From the NCBI GenBank assembly GCA_965235115.1, contig OZ249440.1, positions 9,982,001 to 10,046,000 of the forward strand: DNA of 64,000 nt. Direction: 5' to 3'. Positions 39,129 through 52,960 of this stretch are shown here, piece after piece (within the stretch, counting starts at the first letter, position 1; the number at the start of each line of letters is the position of its first letter). The position numbers were made by a program, and so were the translations under genes. The notes beneath the pieces are model-generated. The model had not been told where the DNA came from, ran no database searches, and worked only from the letters and a program-made list of their open reading frames with translations. This DNA comes from Laetmonice hystrix (taxonomy: Eukaryota).

Positions 39129-41701
39129 CACCTAAACGAATTGATCATGACAAACAACAGCAACAATCTCTGCTCCCCAAGGATCGTGATAACTGAAGTG
39201 GAGAGTCGGACAGAGACAATGCAAACCGTCAATAATGGTTGTTGTATAGGAGGGATCTAAAATTACATAAGGATTGTCCTTAGTATTCATTCACTTCAAC
39301 CAATGATTCACTTATTTGGAAACACGCATACACCCACTCGACGTAACAAGACATGTATCAATATTAAGATTAAGCGTTGAAATCGTCGGAGCAGATTTCT
39401 GCACAGCACGAAATTCAACGTGAGTTGATAGTTTCACCGTGTCTCGAGTCTCGTGGACTATTGTTTTCCAGAGTCAAACAACACGATATCATATTTGTCT
39501 ACGGCTTTACATAAAACATCTAGTTACGTGCTGAATTGTTTGAAACGTAGTAGAGATTACCATAAACTTATGTTATATTTTATGTCCTTATGACGTTCCA
39601 TGTTGGAGGCTAACTACCATTGCCATTGTGATTGGCCTACACCTGGGCCTAGCGAATGTGTATTTGGTTTAATGTTTGTGTGACGTGTCACGCAGTATGG
39701 CCATTTAATTCCTACTGCTTTTAGAGAAGATGGTCACTTGACCTTGACCCATAAGTCACTATTCTCCAATGACTCGTGGTCACCGAAAATACGTGGCTCA
39801 AAGGTGGCGTCTGAGATTTAATTACGCGCCAAGTCCGGGTTATTAGTGGAGGCGAAATGGGTTTGTTGTGTGATCTAGAGCGGGCGATAAGATAGAACGA
39901 TTTCTTTACTTGCTGTCTGAGCCTTTCCGTCTGGTTCTCCTAAAGACGTTAATGAGCTTGAGTTGACGACGTCACGGCGCCGCGTCTCTCAAATGTTGAC
40001 GCGCCTCTTACGTCACCGCAGACGTGGCGGTGTCCGTCATTTAATAGAAGTCCATAAAACCACGTCGGTGGGCGACTGTTCTCGTCTGAGTGGACTGATA
40101 CCGGTATGCTTGACCGGCTGGCCAAACCACGGAATCAACATGACCGTCTCGAAAGTCTTGTAGATCACCAACGGATGCTTGGCCTGATGTTCCAAACCAG
40201 AGGCTGTTCAGAACAGACTTGGGTATCAATGGCACCAAAGTGGCGGGCAGAAGTTTTCCCGTGGCCAAGAAATTCCATGGCTGGCTGGCCACACGTCCAT
40301 GGCGTGAAAATTACTACTGCTACAAGACCTTTTATAATTAAATATAGTACCCAAGACTTTAGTCTGTTGGTATTCATTCTCTTTCTTTTCATGTCATAAA
40401 TGCAGACTCAGTCCCGATATACCATCAGAGACATCCGTGACTATGTTACATAATGGTTTCTATGTGGGCCATCTCACCGACAACATCAGGGTATGCCTGG
40501 CATGTTCAGCTGGGCCATGAGACAGGCTCACGGACGTGATCAACTGTCTGGTACAGGTTCTATGCATGTCCACTCCCCACTACCATCTCCATTCCTCCGT
40601 CCGGTACTACTATAAGATATTAGCAATAAGAACCACCAAGATGGACGGCAGTTAATTTATCGATGGGAGGCGGGCTGTATGTGAGAGAGACGTCGCACAC
40701 GGTTTAAGTAGCCGCGTCACCCCTTGGGCTTACGACAGCCAGCACCTGGTTGGGATTTGGAAGTTGGAGAGGTTTTAGCACGTCGACGCTCCGGGCCACG
40801 CTGTTGGTATTCGTGCGGGTGTTTGTAGAAGAGAAGGTGTTTTTGTAAGTTCACGTGTTACCTCCACTTGTCAACCTTCGTGGACACGTTTCCAGAACAA
40901 TATACGTTTATAAGTACACCGCGAAACAGCTTACATAAAGCCGAGATATTATACGTATATAGACGGCAGCTAAACCTTTCTATTTATTGTTCCAATTTCC
41001 GGAAAGCTCCGTGCAGATGAAGGGAGAGTGGAGGGACGTTTTAGTAGGGGGCTCAGCACCCCCAGATAGAAGTTTTGCATTTTCAGTGGGAATTGAAAAT
41101 TCTGTTTGAAATCAAAATGTGTAAAATACCAAAAGACTTAGCTTTGTAAACATTGAGTCAGATGGTATCTTTGTAGCATTTGACTTTTTTCATCTTTGTT
41201 GGGGAGCCCCCCCCCCCCCCAAGTTCACATATCGGGAAACCCCCCTTTTGGTGAGTGAGGTGGATTCTGTTCCCGGACATTCGCCGTTATCTGCCGTCAC
41301 TCTCCACTCGGAGGAGACTCGGGGACTGACAGCATTCTCACTGGCTAGGTCTTGTCTTGTGGACGTTATGACTCCGTTAGCCGCTAGATCTCCGAGAACG
41401 AGCTCCCTGAGCATGCTGTCATGTTCACACACGATGGGTGTAGATCATCATGTCAAGTATACTTGGAATCCTTTGAACTGTGTGGGTCTTGTCGGTCTTG
41501 TTGATTTGAGTTATCTATCGTTTCCCTTGTACGTGAAATTGTCATTTTGTTCTTGTAATGAAACTGGCTTCAGGTGCCGATTTGATGTGCTGCCCGCCGT
41601 TAATATTCAGTCACCCACTGTATACCTGGTTATGTCTTAAAATATTCTCTTGAAAATAGCCTTATCACATCTATTAATTCATTTCTTCATCTGACCATCA
41701 G

Positions 41702-41817
41702 GGTCCGTTTTTTAATCTTAAGATCTTGTTTAAGCTTAAGCTTAACGCTTTTGATTGGCTGGTCGGCTTAGACCAGCTCATCAAAACAAATTACATGTTG
41801 AAAAATCGAACCGGACC
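41702..41817. mobile_element. Harbinger-like MITE (degenerate)
   Basis: cag|ggtccgttttttaatcttaag...ttaagcttaagcttaacgcttttgattggctgg...gaaaaatcgaaccggacc; same internal motifs as the other copies. Confidence 0.6.
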
Positions 41818-44800
41818 TGTACGATGCCTTGACAAGGAGAAATCCGCGATTTCAGTGAGGAAACCTACTAACAGAGGAAATTGACAGAACGGTCCAAGTA
41901 GGGTCACCTCGGGGAAACTATTAGGAGAGAAAGGATGGTGTCCAAAGGAGGTGGGTATTACTCCCCCAGGCGCCTGTCCTTGAACCCCGTGTCTATCCCT
42001 GACGCCAGTCAGCGGTTCGGTTTCCCGTGGAGGTGACACAGTTAGCATGGAGGCGGTAAGCTGCTGCCAACACCGAGCCGTTGATAAGATCTGGCCGAGC
42101 TGTAGGACCCGAAGTCTGTTCCATCGTTCTGTGCCATTACCCAGTCTAGATTGCCTTCTGCCGTCGGCTCCACCAAATCCCGGTAATTTGAACTGCCACG
42201 ACGTGTCTACCTTAATAGCTTCTTTTTGTGACCCTATATCAGGGAACAACGTAGATTTCTGATGAAAAAAGAGGCATAGAAAATTTAGAACCTCCTTTAA
42301 AACAAGATAAAGAAAAAAGCGGGGATGCGTCTCAGTTGAAGATAATTGTTTAGATCCTGGATGCCTTTTCTGTTAAGGTGACGGTGACGAAGGTTTGATT
42401 TCAATGTTTTGTTGCATCCTGCCATAGTTCAGTTTCTTCTCGCCAAACTTTAATGACCTCAAAGTGTCGGGCCAGTCGTCCTGCGCTTTTCTCTTTATTT
42501 TTTCCCCTTCCCCGTCAGTGCGATCTGTTATCCGAGCCATTCGAAAGCAATGCATGAACAGCAGAGCTAAGAGGGCGACGTGCCGATCAACTTGTAGGCC
42601 TCCACTGAAAAAATAGACCTTGAAAATGCCGTTTGCACGAGCCGTTTTGTCTTGACAATGGCACTGGCTCCCGGCAAAAAGCAGTTAAGGTTCCTTGTGT
42701 CTCTGCTATAACCAGTTCAAGTGCCCAGACCTACACGTCGGTGTGTATAACCTAGAGTACGGAACAACTACAAGGTGCATTCCCCAAGTGTCTACCTTTT
42801 TATGAGTGTGGTCGAAGGAGAGGTAGATGACTTTGAAGGAGGTGGCAACTATTTCAGAATGTTACCCCTGGAGAATCTGCCGTGCCTGCCCCCCTCCGCC
42901 TTCCCTCCCTCCTGTCCTCCCCACCATGGAAGCGAGTCAGGTAAGCGAGGCCGGCGGGCGGTGGCCCACTGACCCGGCGTACTTGGTGACCGCCACCGGG
43001 CCAAACCACTCGAAGAGCGGCCGTTGCCCGTGTCCATGTATACAACAGCCAGCTCGGAGGTCTCAACACGACCACTTTGGGCGACCAGGGCCCAGGCCCA
43101 GGCCCAGCCACTGCCTCCCGCCCTATCTGCCCCGAGTGGCCGGCACGACATGGATACCCTTCCGAATCCAGAACAAGAGAGGAAGCGATACGCCACCCCG
43201 GCCTCGACCGTGACTTATGTTGATAGGGCAATCGACGCCGATTTGACGTCTTTCTTCATATCGATCTGATATCTTATATTAACGGGGGCTTTGACACTGC
43301 CACAAAGACTTCTGGATGTACTGTCCTATAAACGAGGGGGCTTGGGGTTCATAGGGGGAACAGGTATAGAATCTGGTAGTATCTTTTTCACCACCAAACC
43401 CGGGTTGAAGGCCACTGGCTTTGTTTGCCCAAGTACAACGATATTGAAAGGCAAAAGGAAAGAGGTTCAAACGACGACCACGTTCAATGTATCCACAGCG
43501 AACGACAAAGTAGGTTTTAAACGTTCTGTTCGAACAGAAAGAACGATGCTCGGAGTGAAGTGAGAATGCAGCCAGACTTGTCGCAGTCAGAAAGCAGTAT
43601 AAATTTGCGCCAAGCGGTTTAAAGACCTCACGTCTCACGAGAGAGTCTGTCGCCTATTGGACGTCAGTGACTCGACCAAGTAAACGTTTTCAAGACGATC
43701 GATGACAAACGTAAAGTTCCCTGTCAACCTGCAACATCTCAGAGAAACGTGCCAGGTTAGAATGTCACAACATCCGCACTTGGACTTTTTAAGGCATTTG
43801 GTTTTATCCAGTTGGACACGGTAGAAAGCTTGTTAGCAAGCTACAGGGCAACCCCGGGTGAAAAGAGGGCGAAACGTTTGAGGGATATTCCCAAACTCGA
43901 GAGAAGGTCTTCAAAGAATATTTTTTATGGGAGGGTTCGTATTTTGGGGTAGAATTCACGGGCACGATGGATTAGATCTAATAATGATCTCTCCTGGTCT
44001 TACAACAGAACCACATGCTCCTATGCATGCCCACTTTCAGTTCTAGTCCAGTTACAATATCCTTGTCGTAATCAACCCTAAATCCTGGCGGATTGTCCAG
44101 ATTATCAACAAGGATCAAGAGAAGAGCAGGTCTCGGACCCCATGACAGTATAGTCGAATACTTTATGGGCAGTGATGTTCTTTCTTGAAAGGTGCGCAAA
44201 ACCTCTTACCAGCTGGTTCTTATCGTCGACCGTTAACAAGCTGGGACCAGCAAAAATAGATACTATAGTGGCAGATCAGCTTTCTCTGTCCGATCAACAG
44301 TTACTCTGGCCCGACCCCTGGGCTGCAATGGAAGCACTACACCTGGAGATAGGACTTCTCTCAGACTTCCTTCTATTCTTACCATGCGTTTAACGGGCAG
44401 ACCCTGGAGCCGGTGTGTATACGTCAACAAGCCATGATAAGGCGATGGAAAGAGGCGCTGAAATCGTTTTATGGAAACTATTGTGGGCACTGCAGGTGTT
44501 CCATTTCACAATCATTGTGAGGAATAATACATGTAACTTGAAGAAAACCTATTATCTGTCTTACCTGTAAGATAACTTCATATCCATGTCGGTAACATCA
44601 GACACCCTCATCCGTTGACACACATTCACATTTTTCAGTTAATACGTGGAGAAACCATGCTGATTCTAATGATAACCGAGGCTAAAGCCCGAGTGTTGGC
44701 GTAAATAAGACCCTATCATATTCCCTATTCAAATTCTCATGATTTTCTTCTATTCCAAACCTCACATAGATCTCGGTCTATGCTGTTTGTACAATCGTCC

Positions 44801-44877
44801 CATACATCGGCCGATCTCTGTCGGTTGCCCACGAGGCGAGCAAACGGATCTTATTGAGAATTGGAAGTCCAATGTCT

Positions 44878-45648
44878 TCAACCTTGGTTGGTAGTCGAGC
44901 CGTGGTTTTTTGTTTCAACCTTGGCTGGCAGTCGGCGCGTGGTTCTATGTTTCAACCTTGGCTGGCAGTTGGGCCGTGGTTCTATGTTTCAACCTTGGCT
45001 GGTAGTTGGGCCGTGGTTCTATGTTTCAACCTTGGCTGGCAGTCGGTGCGTGGTTCTATGGTTCAACCTTGGCTGGTAGTTGGGCCGTGGTTCTATGTTT
45101 CAACCTTAGCTGGCAGTCGGTGCGTGGTTCTATGTTTCAACCTTGGCTGGCAGTCGGTGCGTGGTTCTATGGTTCAACCTTGGCTGGCAGTCGGTGCGTG
45201 GTTCTATGTTTCAACCTTGGCTGGTAGTCGGGTCGTGGTTCTATGTTTCAACCTTGGCTGGTAATCGGGCCGTGGTTCTATGTTTCAACCTTGGCTGGTA
45301 GTCGGGCCGTGGTTCTATGTTTCAACCTTGGCTGGCAGTCGGTGCGTGGTTCTATGTTTCAACCTTGGCTGGCAGTCGGTGCGTGGTTCTATGTTTCAAC
45401 CTTGGCTGGTAGTTGGGCCGTGGTTCTATGTTTCAACCTTGGCTGGCAGTCGGTGCGTGGTTCTATGTTTCAACCTTGGCTGGCAGTCGGTGCGTGGTTC
45501 TATGTTTCAACCTTGGCTGGTAGTTGGGCCGTGGTTCTATGTTTCAACCTTGGCTGGCAGTCGGTGCGTGGTTCTATGTTTCAACCTTGGCTGGCAGTCG
45601 GGCCGTGGTTCAATGTTTCAACCTTGGCTGGTAGTCGGGGCGTGGTTT
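44878..45648. repeat. 37-bp minisatellite, about 21 copies (unrelated to the 2314 array)
   Basis: Unit tcaaccttggctggcagtcggtgcgtggttctatgtt; the ORFs show 37-aa (3-unit) periodicity. Confidence 0.97.
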
Positions 45649-48600
45649 TCATACGTACTATAATTTTTACAACCAATTTCATGGTAAGACGAATTTCCTG
45701 AGAGAAATAAGAGACGCTATACCGGGATGAGACTAACACCGCCACTCTTCGCGGCACGGTAGGGGGTCGGCAAATTGCCGATGCATCCAGAGATTGTTTT
45801 CAATAATTGTAGCAATCATTGCCGCCCAACACGGCAGCGACAGGCCCGGCCATGTTGTGATCCCGAGAGGTGAGCACGGGTATTATAGTCCATGAGAAAA
45901 TGGACGCCCGGCCGCGACCTGGCGTTGCAATCTTTAACCGGAAGTGTTGATCCTCTCTGGACGTGGCCAGGAATGACGGGAACCAAGACATGGCAGGGTT
46001 TGCAGCGTTGTAATTACCGCCATCAGAGTCAATGTTGTCAGGGACACAATCAAGGCGCTGCTGAAATACGTCGACATTGAGATGAGGCCAGTTCACGACT
46101 GACAGACCAACTGATGTGTATTTGTCTCTAACACCATCCGGATGCACGTTAATTTCAGCAGGGATTTCAGATCTAGCTATATATGGATGCCAATCAGTAG
46201 AAGTCGGCGTGAGAAAGCTACTTTTATTGGAACCCGGTTAGCAGTGATGGAAGTCAAAGCTTTCTTTCTGTCCTATAGCTACCAATATGACCTCCTAAAG
46301 ACCTCTTATCTTCTCTTCTTCAAATTAAAATTCTTCAAGAGTAAGGGATCCCTTCCATGTGAAATCTCACATATAATGATATTTAACAGCTAAAGTTTGA
46401 GGCATCAGAAGAGCCTTGTCATAAATGGCCATGTTATCCTGAAGACTGTCCAGGTCTTGAATGTAACGAGTATATCAGCTGGTCGATGGAAGACGTTGTT
46501 AACACGGGTTTGGGTAGAAAGGGTATGATGATGGTGCAGGATGGGGCACAGGTGGGTATAGAGGGAATGAACAGAACATGTTGGTGTTGGTTTGAATACC
46601 TCCCATTGACAGTAGCAGGGACTTGGCTGGCAAGTAGACGACGACAGATGCCGAGATAGGGATGGCGGCTGGGTCCGTTCCCACCATCTGTCTCATGACC
46701 GGTGTGAGTGAGGTGGTTGGTAGTGGGGGTTTCTTACAGCAGACACCATGGCAGTGTGAAGAAGATATACTCCACCGAGAGGAGACCCATCGCCATGGTA
46801 ATCTCCATGAAATGGTATAAGAACTAAAGAAAAATATCACTTTTGCACTAACTTAGCCTAACTTCTGAGTTCTGACCTGCCCCCCCCCCTCCAAAAAAAG
46901 AAGCATGTCCCTAACTCTGCCTGTAGCCTACCATGGTGAATAACCCTGAAGGAAGCCATGATGGCACACAATCTTGGCTTTGTTACTTATTATCAAAATG
47001 TTTTCTATCTTTCTTCGCCTAATTCAAATCCTGAAACCAGAAAAAAACCCATGCGAAGTGATCTGGTAGTATATGGAGCAGGTTACGATCTTCCTTCTCA
47101 ATGGATGACCTCCCATACAGATGTAGGACCGTATTACATGCTGGAATGGGCAGTAGAAGTTGAGAAGGAATCCCTCACGGTTTTACACTCATCCCATGGG
47201 GAGACTTTCCCTGGAACCAGTCAATAGTATAAGACGTGTTGATTGGGTGCGTTATTTACGGCTTGCAGTGGCCGGATCATCAGGGTGACGGTGTCAGTGA
47301 ATCATTTATCCGGATTACAAGTGATCGGGGTAGTTTGGGTGACAGAAAGTGTGGGGCTTGGGCCGACCGGGGTCTAATTAAACTACTCCGAGACGGCCTC
47401 TAGATCCTGAAGAAAGGTGTGAAGGCTCCTCGCGATCATCCCAGCCGCCCTCCGTAATGGCGTCATCCCATTGACGCCCGCCCGGCAATCAGCCTCAGTT
47501 CCGGGCTGACCACAATGGCAGCGCCCTCTAACGGCCAGGTTAACGCCGTGCCAATTGTGCGCCGACAAATTGGCACTGTCACAGTGGGGCCCGCCTGGGG
47601 CCAATTCATCACTGGCCGCCGATCGCACTCGCACGAGCCCCCCCCCCCCTCCTCCTCCCATAAAAAAATGACAAGGGCTGAGGACACGCACTTATTAATA
47701 GCATCGCAATGTCGGGGCCCGCCTGGCTGCTTTTGAAGTCTTGCCTTCAGTGGCCGACTGCCGTGTAAACATCCGGGATGGATCTCGATCGTGTCGGAGA
47801 CAATACGTGGTCGGGCTGTGATCGGTGATGGTGTTCTCTGACAGGGGACGTGTGCATAGTGTCATTGCCCCCTGCTGATCCCCGACTTAGGCCGGCCTCC
47901 ACGGAGGGCGTCGTGTCCCAATGCCGTGTGATTAGGCCCTAACGACTTGCACGACAAAGCTTCGCAATGTATTACTATAGTCGCTCACCCGGACGGGTCG
48001 CTTTGACTCTGAGAGACCATTGGTCACCTATGCCATGTGTCGTGATGAGGCGAAAGGCTGAACTTCAATCTATATTTTCTTACCCTTCAGTCTTAATTTT
48101 CATTTTTGAAATATGACTAAGGCGTCGCCCTTAACGGAATTCGAAGTTTCGGAAAGTAATTTACTAGTCGTAATACAAGAGAATGGGAGCAAATGCAGGC
48201 GGTCTGTAAGTGAACAACTCACGGTCTTCGTAATAACCGAATATAAACTCAAATCTGACTTGCACAAGGGTTGTCCATTTACCCCCCTCCCCCCGGGGGC
48301 CATTACGTGTCCAGACAAGACGACGCAGTGAGCCAGTCAGCCATGGAGCCTATATACGTGTGGAGTGGCGCCTTGTTTCAAGTCGCAATCAGTGCTAATT
48401 GTTAGACGTGTTGTAACGTCATTAAGATGCTGGATAAAGCCTGGAGCTCTGTTAAATCTGGAACCTTTTGCACGATGCCCCCTGGCGGTAAAATGCCGTG
48501 TCAATTAAGGAACTCTATAAAGGATACAGGAATGTGTGAACCCACGGTGTGGGCCAGCGCCTGCAAATTTACTCATTCTAATGGCGCTGGATTACTGTGG

Positions 48601-51319
48601 TTACGGTCGTTACTGTGGTTTTAAACCAATCACTGACTCTGCAGTAATTAACTTCAGACGGCCGCAGCAGTATGAGAGGAGATATCTGATTGGTTGCTAA
48701 CAGTGGGTCGGTGATGACGATACCTTGACCACACCACAGTGAGTGCGCGGTGGTCACAGCATGTCCGGTCAGATCAGGGGGTCATATCACGTGATTTCGT
48801 AATGACCTCAGTAATGACCTCATGCAGTCACCTGAGGCAGACATACCAGGCCGAGGTGGCACCACCACAGGCCTTATCTCTCCCACACCTTGGGCGGGTA
48901 TTAATATAATATCGTAAACCAGGGGAGTCCTGATTATAAATGGCGCCCTGACCGGCGCCCTGGGCTGACGATTTTGAAGCGTTGGTCAGGGTTTACCCTT
49001 AACCCCCGTCGCACTGTGTTTGGCAGAAGGTCGAACTGTATAAAATGACATACTTTCCTCTCTTCCCCTTCTTACTTTTTTTAGCAGAAAGAGTGCCATA
49101 CCCCTCCCCGTTGCTAACGAGCAAGAGCTTTGTCAGTAAATCTCGTTTCTCCGCCAAAGATGTCGTACGCAGACCATACATTTTGAAATTTTGAATACTG
49201 TCTGAAAGTGGGGAAGAAACGAACCTTAAAGGAATCATGGCACCCTGGTTGAGCGTTCCGGGAAGCCAGTTCTGCCTGGTTTCACGCTTACCTCGTCAAA
49301 ATCTATGCACCTTCTGTCCCGAGGATACTTCCTATAGGTTTAATATACATTATGTATTGTAAACAGACAGCAGCAAAATGCACTGTCACCTTCACATTTC
49401 ATATTTCGTGTCGAGAACACTCAAAACCAACGCTGCCTTCCGCCATCGGGAATGTCTGACCTGCAGGCAAAGCGTTGCAACGGGTGAGATGATCACGTGA
49501 TTGTGGCTATAGTCTCGCGTTCTGTGAAAAGGGTGTAAAATCGCCCGGCCAAAACTCTATCGCGTAGATGGGCAGGTCTCGAAAAAGACGCGCGTCATTC
49601 CAAATTTGCTGGTTTTTAAATATTTTTAAAAAATAGTCACGAAATCCAATCAGGCAAGTAGGCAGTGCTATGGAATTACCAGACTATATACAAGCAGTAT
49701 TTTCGCCAATTTGTAAAATCTATATGAAATAGGTGACATGATTCCTTTAATACATGTAGTGTGACTATATAAAACCCGATAAAGACAATTCTATATGTTG
49801 TCTGAGGTCTCTGTGACCTTTGTTACGATCCACTTGTACACGAAGGCGTGGTATATTTGGTGGGGAGGGGGTGCCGACCTCCACATCTGTTTTGTTATGT
49901 GTTGGGTCATGCCGCCCCCTCCCCACCCCACCCTGAACACGGGCCCCCATTACACAACCTCCGTTATAAGATCAGACAAGCAATGCCCTCCGCCCACATC
50001 CCGCCGGCGACACCAGATTAATATGACAATACGAATACACCACATAGATGTAACTTGTCGGGTCCGATTAGTGATTGCGTGCCGGTCGCCCGAGCCGTCG
50101 TCGCCTTGGTTCTGGATCGATGGGGATCTCCTGTAGGGGGAGGGGGGCCGGGGGGAGCTGGGGGCCCGGGGACCAGCGCTCCCCCGTGGGATGATCACCA
50201 CCTGGCGGACATCGTCAGAACCAGAACCTATCTCAAGACACGCCGGCGGCCCTCTCAACCCATTGTCTGCTCGTTATTGGCACTCACCCCCCAAAGATTT
50301 CTAACCGTCTTTGACCGCACTGTAGGTCCCTCGTACTGGCAGGAAATCTGAGGGCTACCGCCATTTAGGAACGGAAAGGCCTGCTGAAAGGACAAGCTCG
50401 ATCTGTCACTACAAACAGAATCTGGCACTCTCAATGCTCATGTCATGTGTGGTATTTTTTGGAACATAAACACACATCGATACGTTATTATTGTGGTGCA
50501 CGTGATGAATTCGCACGTCTGTTACATAAATCCAAACAATTCATTACTTTATTTCATCAGAAAAATCTTTACTCATAAAGTATTCTCACGACCACCCGAA
50601 TCCTCCTTTACAAAATCACGTATTCCAGAATAAACGGACAATAAAATGCCATTAAAATTCACTTTCCGCAGATGGTCGCCCAATTGTTTCGTATTAAACC
50701 ATAAAAAAAAACAGAAACAGATTTACGATGTGATGGTTTCCATCGAGGATTGAGGGAAGATTCACGGAAGGTTTGCATGTTGAAACCTGACAGTTTCTTG
50801 GGTTGCTTCCACCCGGCGCTGACAACGATATACGTTGAAGACCCAAGTGGTGCTGTTTCCCCCGTGGGCCCGTTAGTGGTTGGTGAGCGTGCTCGCCTTG
50901 CAGCAGCTGCCTCCGTGATGGCTATTACAAGTGACCGCCATAAACAACTCCATCTATTGTCGCCGGCTACGATATATACGTGTGCGTTATAAACCACCTG
51001 TATTAGCCAGCCATTCAGTACTGGCACCAGGCGGCGGTAAATTTGTGTGAGACATGTAACTTGATATACACGGGTCCCGAGATGTGAGCCGGTGTACCTT
51101 TATTATGTGATAGGTTCACTCCTTGAGCCTCTCGGCCACAGATAAAAGGTGGCCGTATTATCTGTGGCCGTATCTCAGAAGAAGCTATAAGTGATGACGA
51201 GTTCAAATATATTATAGGTCTGGTCAGCAAACCCACTGCTATAAACACAATAATGTAAGAGTTCCGGTGTGTTTTAGTCGCCATTAATATATTAATAATG
51301 TGCCTTATCGAAACCATCA

Positions 51320-51448
51320 GGCCCAGGTTTTTTCAGGCTTGGGTTCCTGCTAATAGGCTTAACAGGTTTGATTGGTTGGTGTGAGCAAACCAACCAATCA
51401 GAAGCCTTAAGCCTAAGCTTAAGCAAGAAATTTCATTTAAAAAAGGCC
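51320..51448. mobile_element. Harbinger-like MITE
   Basis: ggcccaggttttttcagg ... ccaatcagaagccttaagcctaagcttaagcaagaaatttcatttaaaaaaggcc|ctg. Confidence 0.6.
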
Positions 51449-52040
51449 CTGAGTTGCATTGAATACTTCCATATTTTTAGTAAACATAAACTGTAATAGA
51501 CCCATGTCCTTGGTTTTGGTTATTAGTAACAAGGTGGATTCAGGTTCTACCAGGGAGGAGTCAAGGTATGACCTTTTGACCTCTACCGTTGTCTGGTATA
51601 CATACAGTGATGCTCGGATCGTGGGGACATTGTTCCGGGTAGCAGGTGGTACATACCGTACGGGCATTGAGTTACTCACTTACCGTACTGCATTCTGTCA
51701 GCCTCACTCATTCAATGAGTAGATTACAAACATCTCCCTCAATAAAAACCTTTATCCCTGGTGTTAAAAAATTGAAAGGTGTAAGATAGTGTCATAAAGT
51801 TAGTTCTATATCAAACACACGGCCAGAACAAACCTACATGATATTCTTAACTTTTTTCTTCTTTTTCTTCTGAAAAACTCTAACGCGTCCTTTCAAAGCT
51901 TGGCTTCCTGTGGCCGTTAATACTCCGATCGGACCAAGTGGGGTCAGTGTGATGTTTGATGCCGTATTGTAAGGACTACAATATAAACCACTGTGGTTAG
52001 ACGACCAATCGACACTGTCACAAAGTACCGTGCAACCACA

Positions 52041-52960
52041 CCTACAACAGGGGCTGGATGAGGGTCGGTCTTACCTACAACAGGGGCTGGACGAGGGTCG
52101 GTCTTACCTACAGCAGGGGCTGGACGAGGGTCGGTCTTACCTACAACAGGGGCTGGACGAGGGTCGGTCTTACCTACAACAGGGGCTGGACGAGGGCCGG
52201 TCTTACCTACAACAGGGGCTGGACGAGGGTCGGTCTTACCTACAACAGGGGCTGGACGAGGGCCGGTCTTACCTACAACAGGGGCTGGACGAGGGTCGGT
52301 CTTACCTACAACAGGGGCTGGACGAGGGTCGGTCTTACCTACAACAGGGGCTGGACGAGGGTCGGTCTTACCTACAACAGGGGCTGGACGAGGGTCGGTC
52401 TTACCTACAACAGGGGCTGGACGAGGGTCGGTCTTACCTACAACAGGGGCTGGACGAGGGTCGGTCTTACCTACAACAGGGGCTGGACGAGTGTCGGTCT
52501 TACCTACAACAGGGGCTGAACGACGGTCGGTCTTACCTACAATAGGGGCTGGACGAGGGTCGGTCTTACCTACAACAGGGGCTGGACGAGGGTCGGTCTT
52601 ACCTACAACAGGGGCTGGACGAGGGTCGGTCTTACCTACAACAGGGGCTGGACGAGGGTCGGTCTTACCTACAACAGGGGCTGGACGAGGGTCGGTCTTA
52701 CCTACAACAGGGGCTGGACGAGGGTCGGTCTTACCTACAACAGGGGCTGGACGAGGGTCGGTCTTACCTACAACAGGGGCTGGACGAGGGTCGGTCTTAC
52801 CTACAACAGGGGCTGGACGAGGGTCGGTCTTACCTACAACAGGGGCTGGACGAGGGTCGGTCTTACCTACAACAGGGGCTGGACGAGGGTCGGTCTTACC
52901 TACAACAGGGGTTGGGCAAGGGTCGGTCTTACCTACAGCAACCTGGACGAGGGTCGGTCT
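52041..52960. repeat. 33-bp minisatellite, about 28 near-identical copies
   Basis: Unit cctacaacaggggctggacgagggtcggtctta. Confidence 0.98.

Noticed and set aside
46715-46810. Minus-strand MEITMAMGLLSVEYIFFTLPWCLL resembling a GPCR helix
   Set aside because: Bounded by stops with no further helices.
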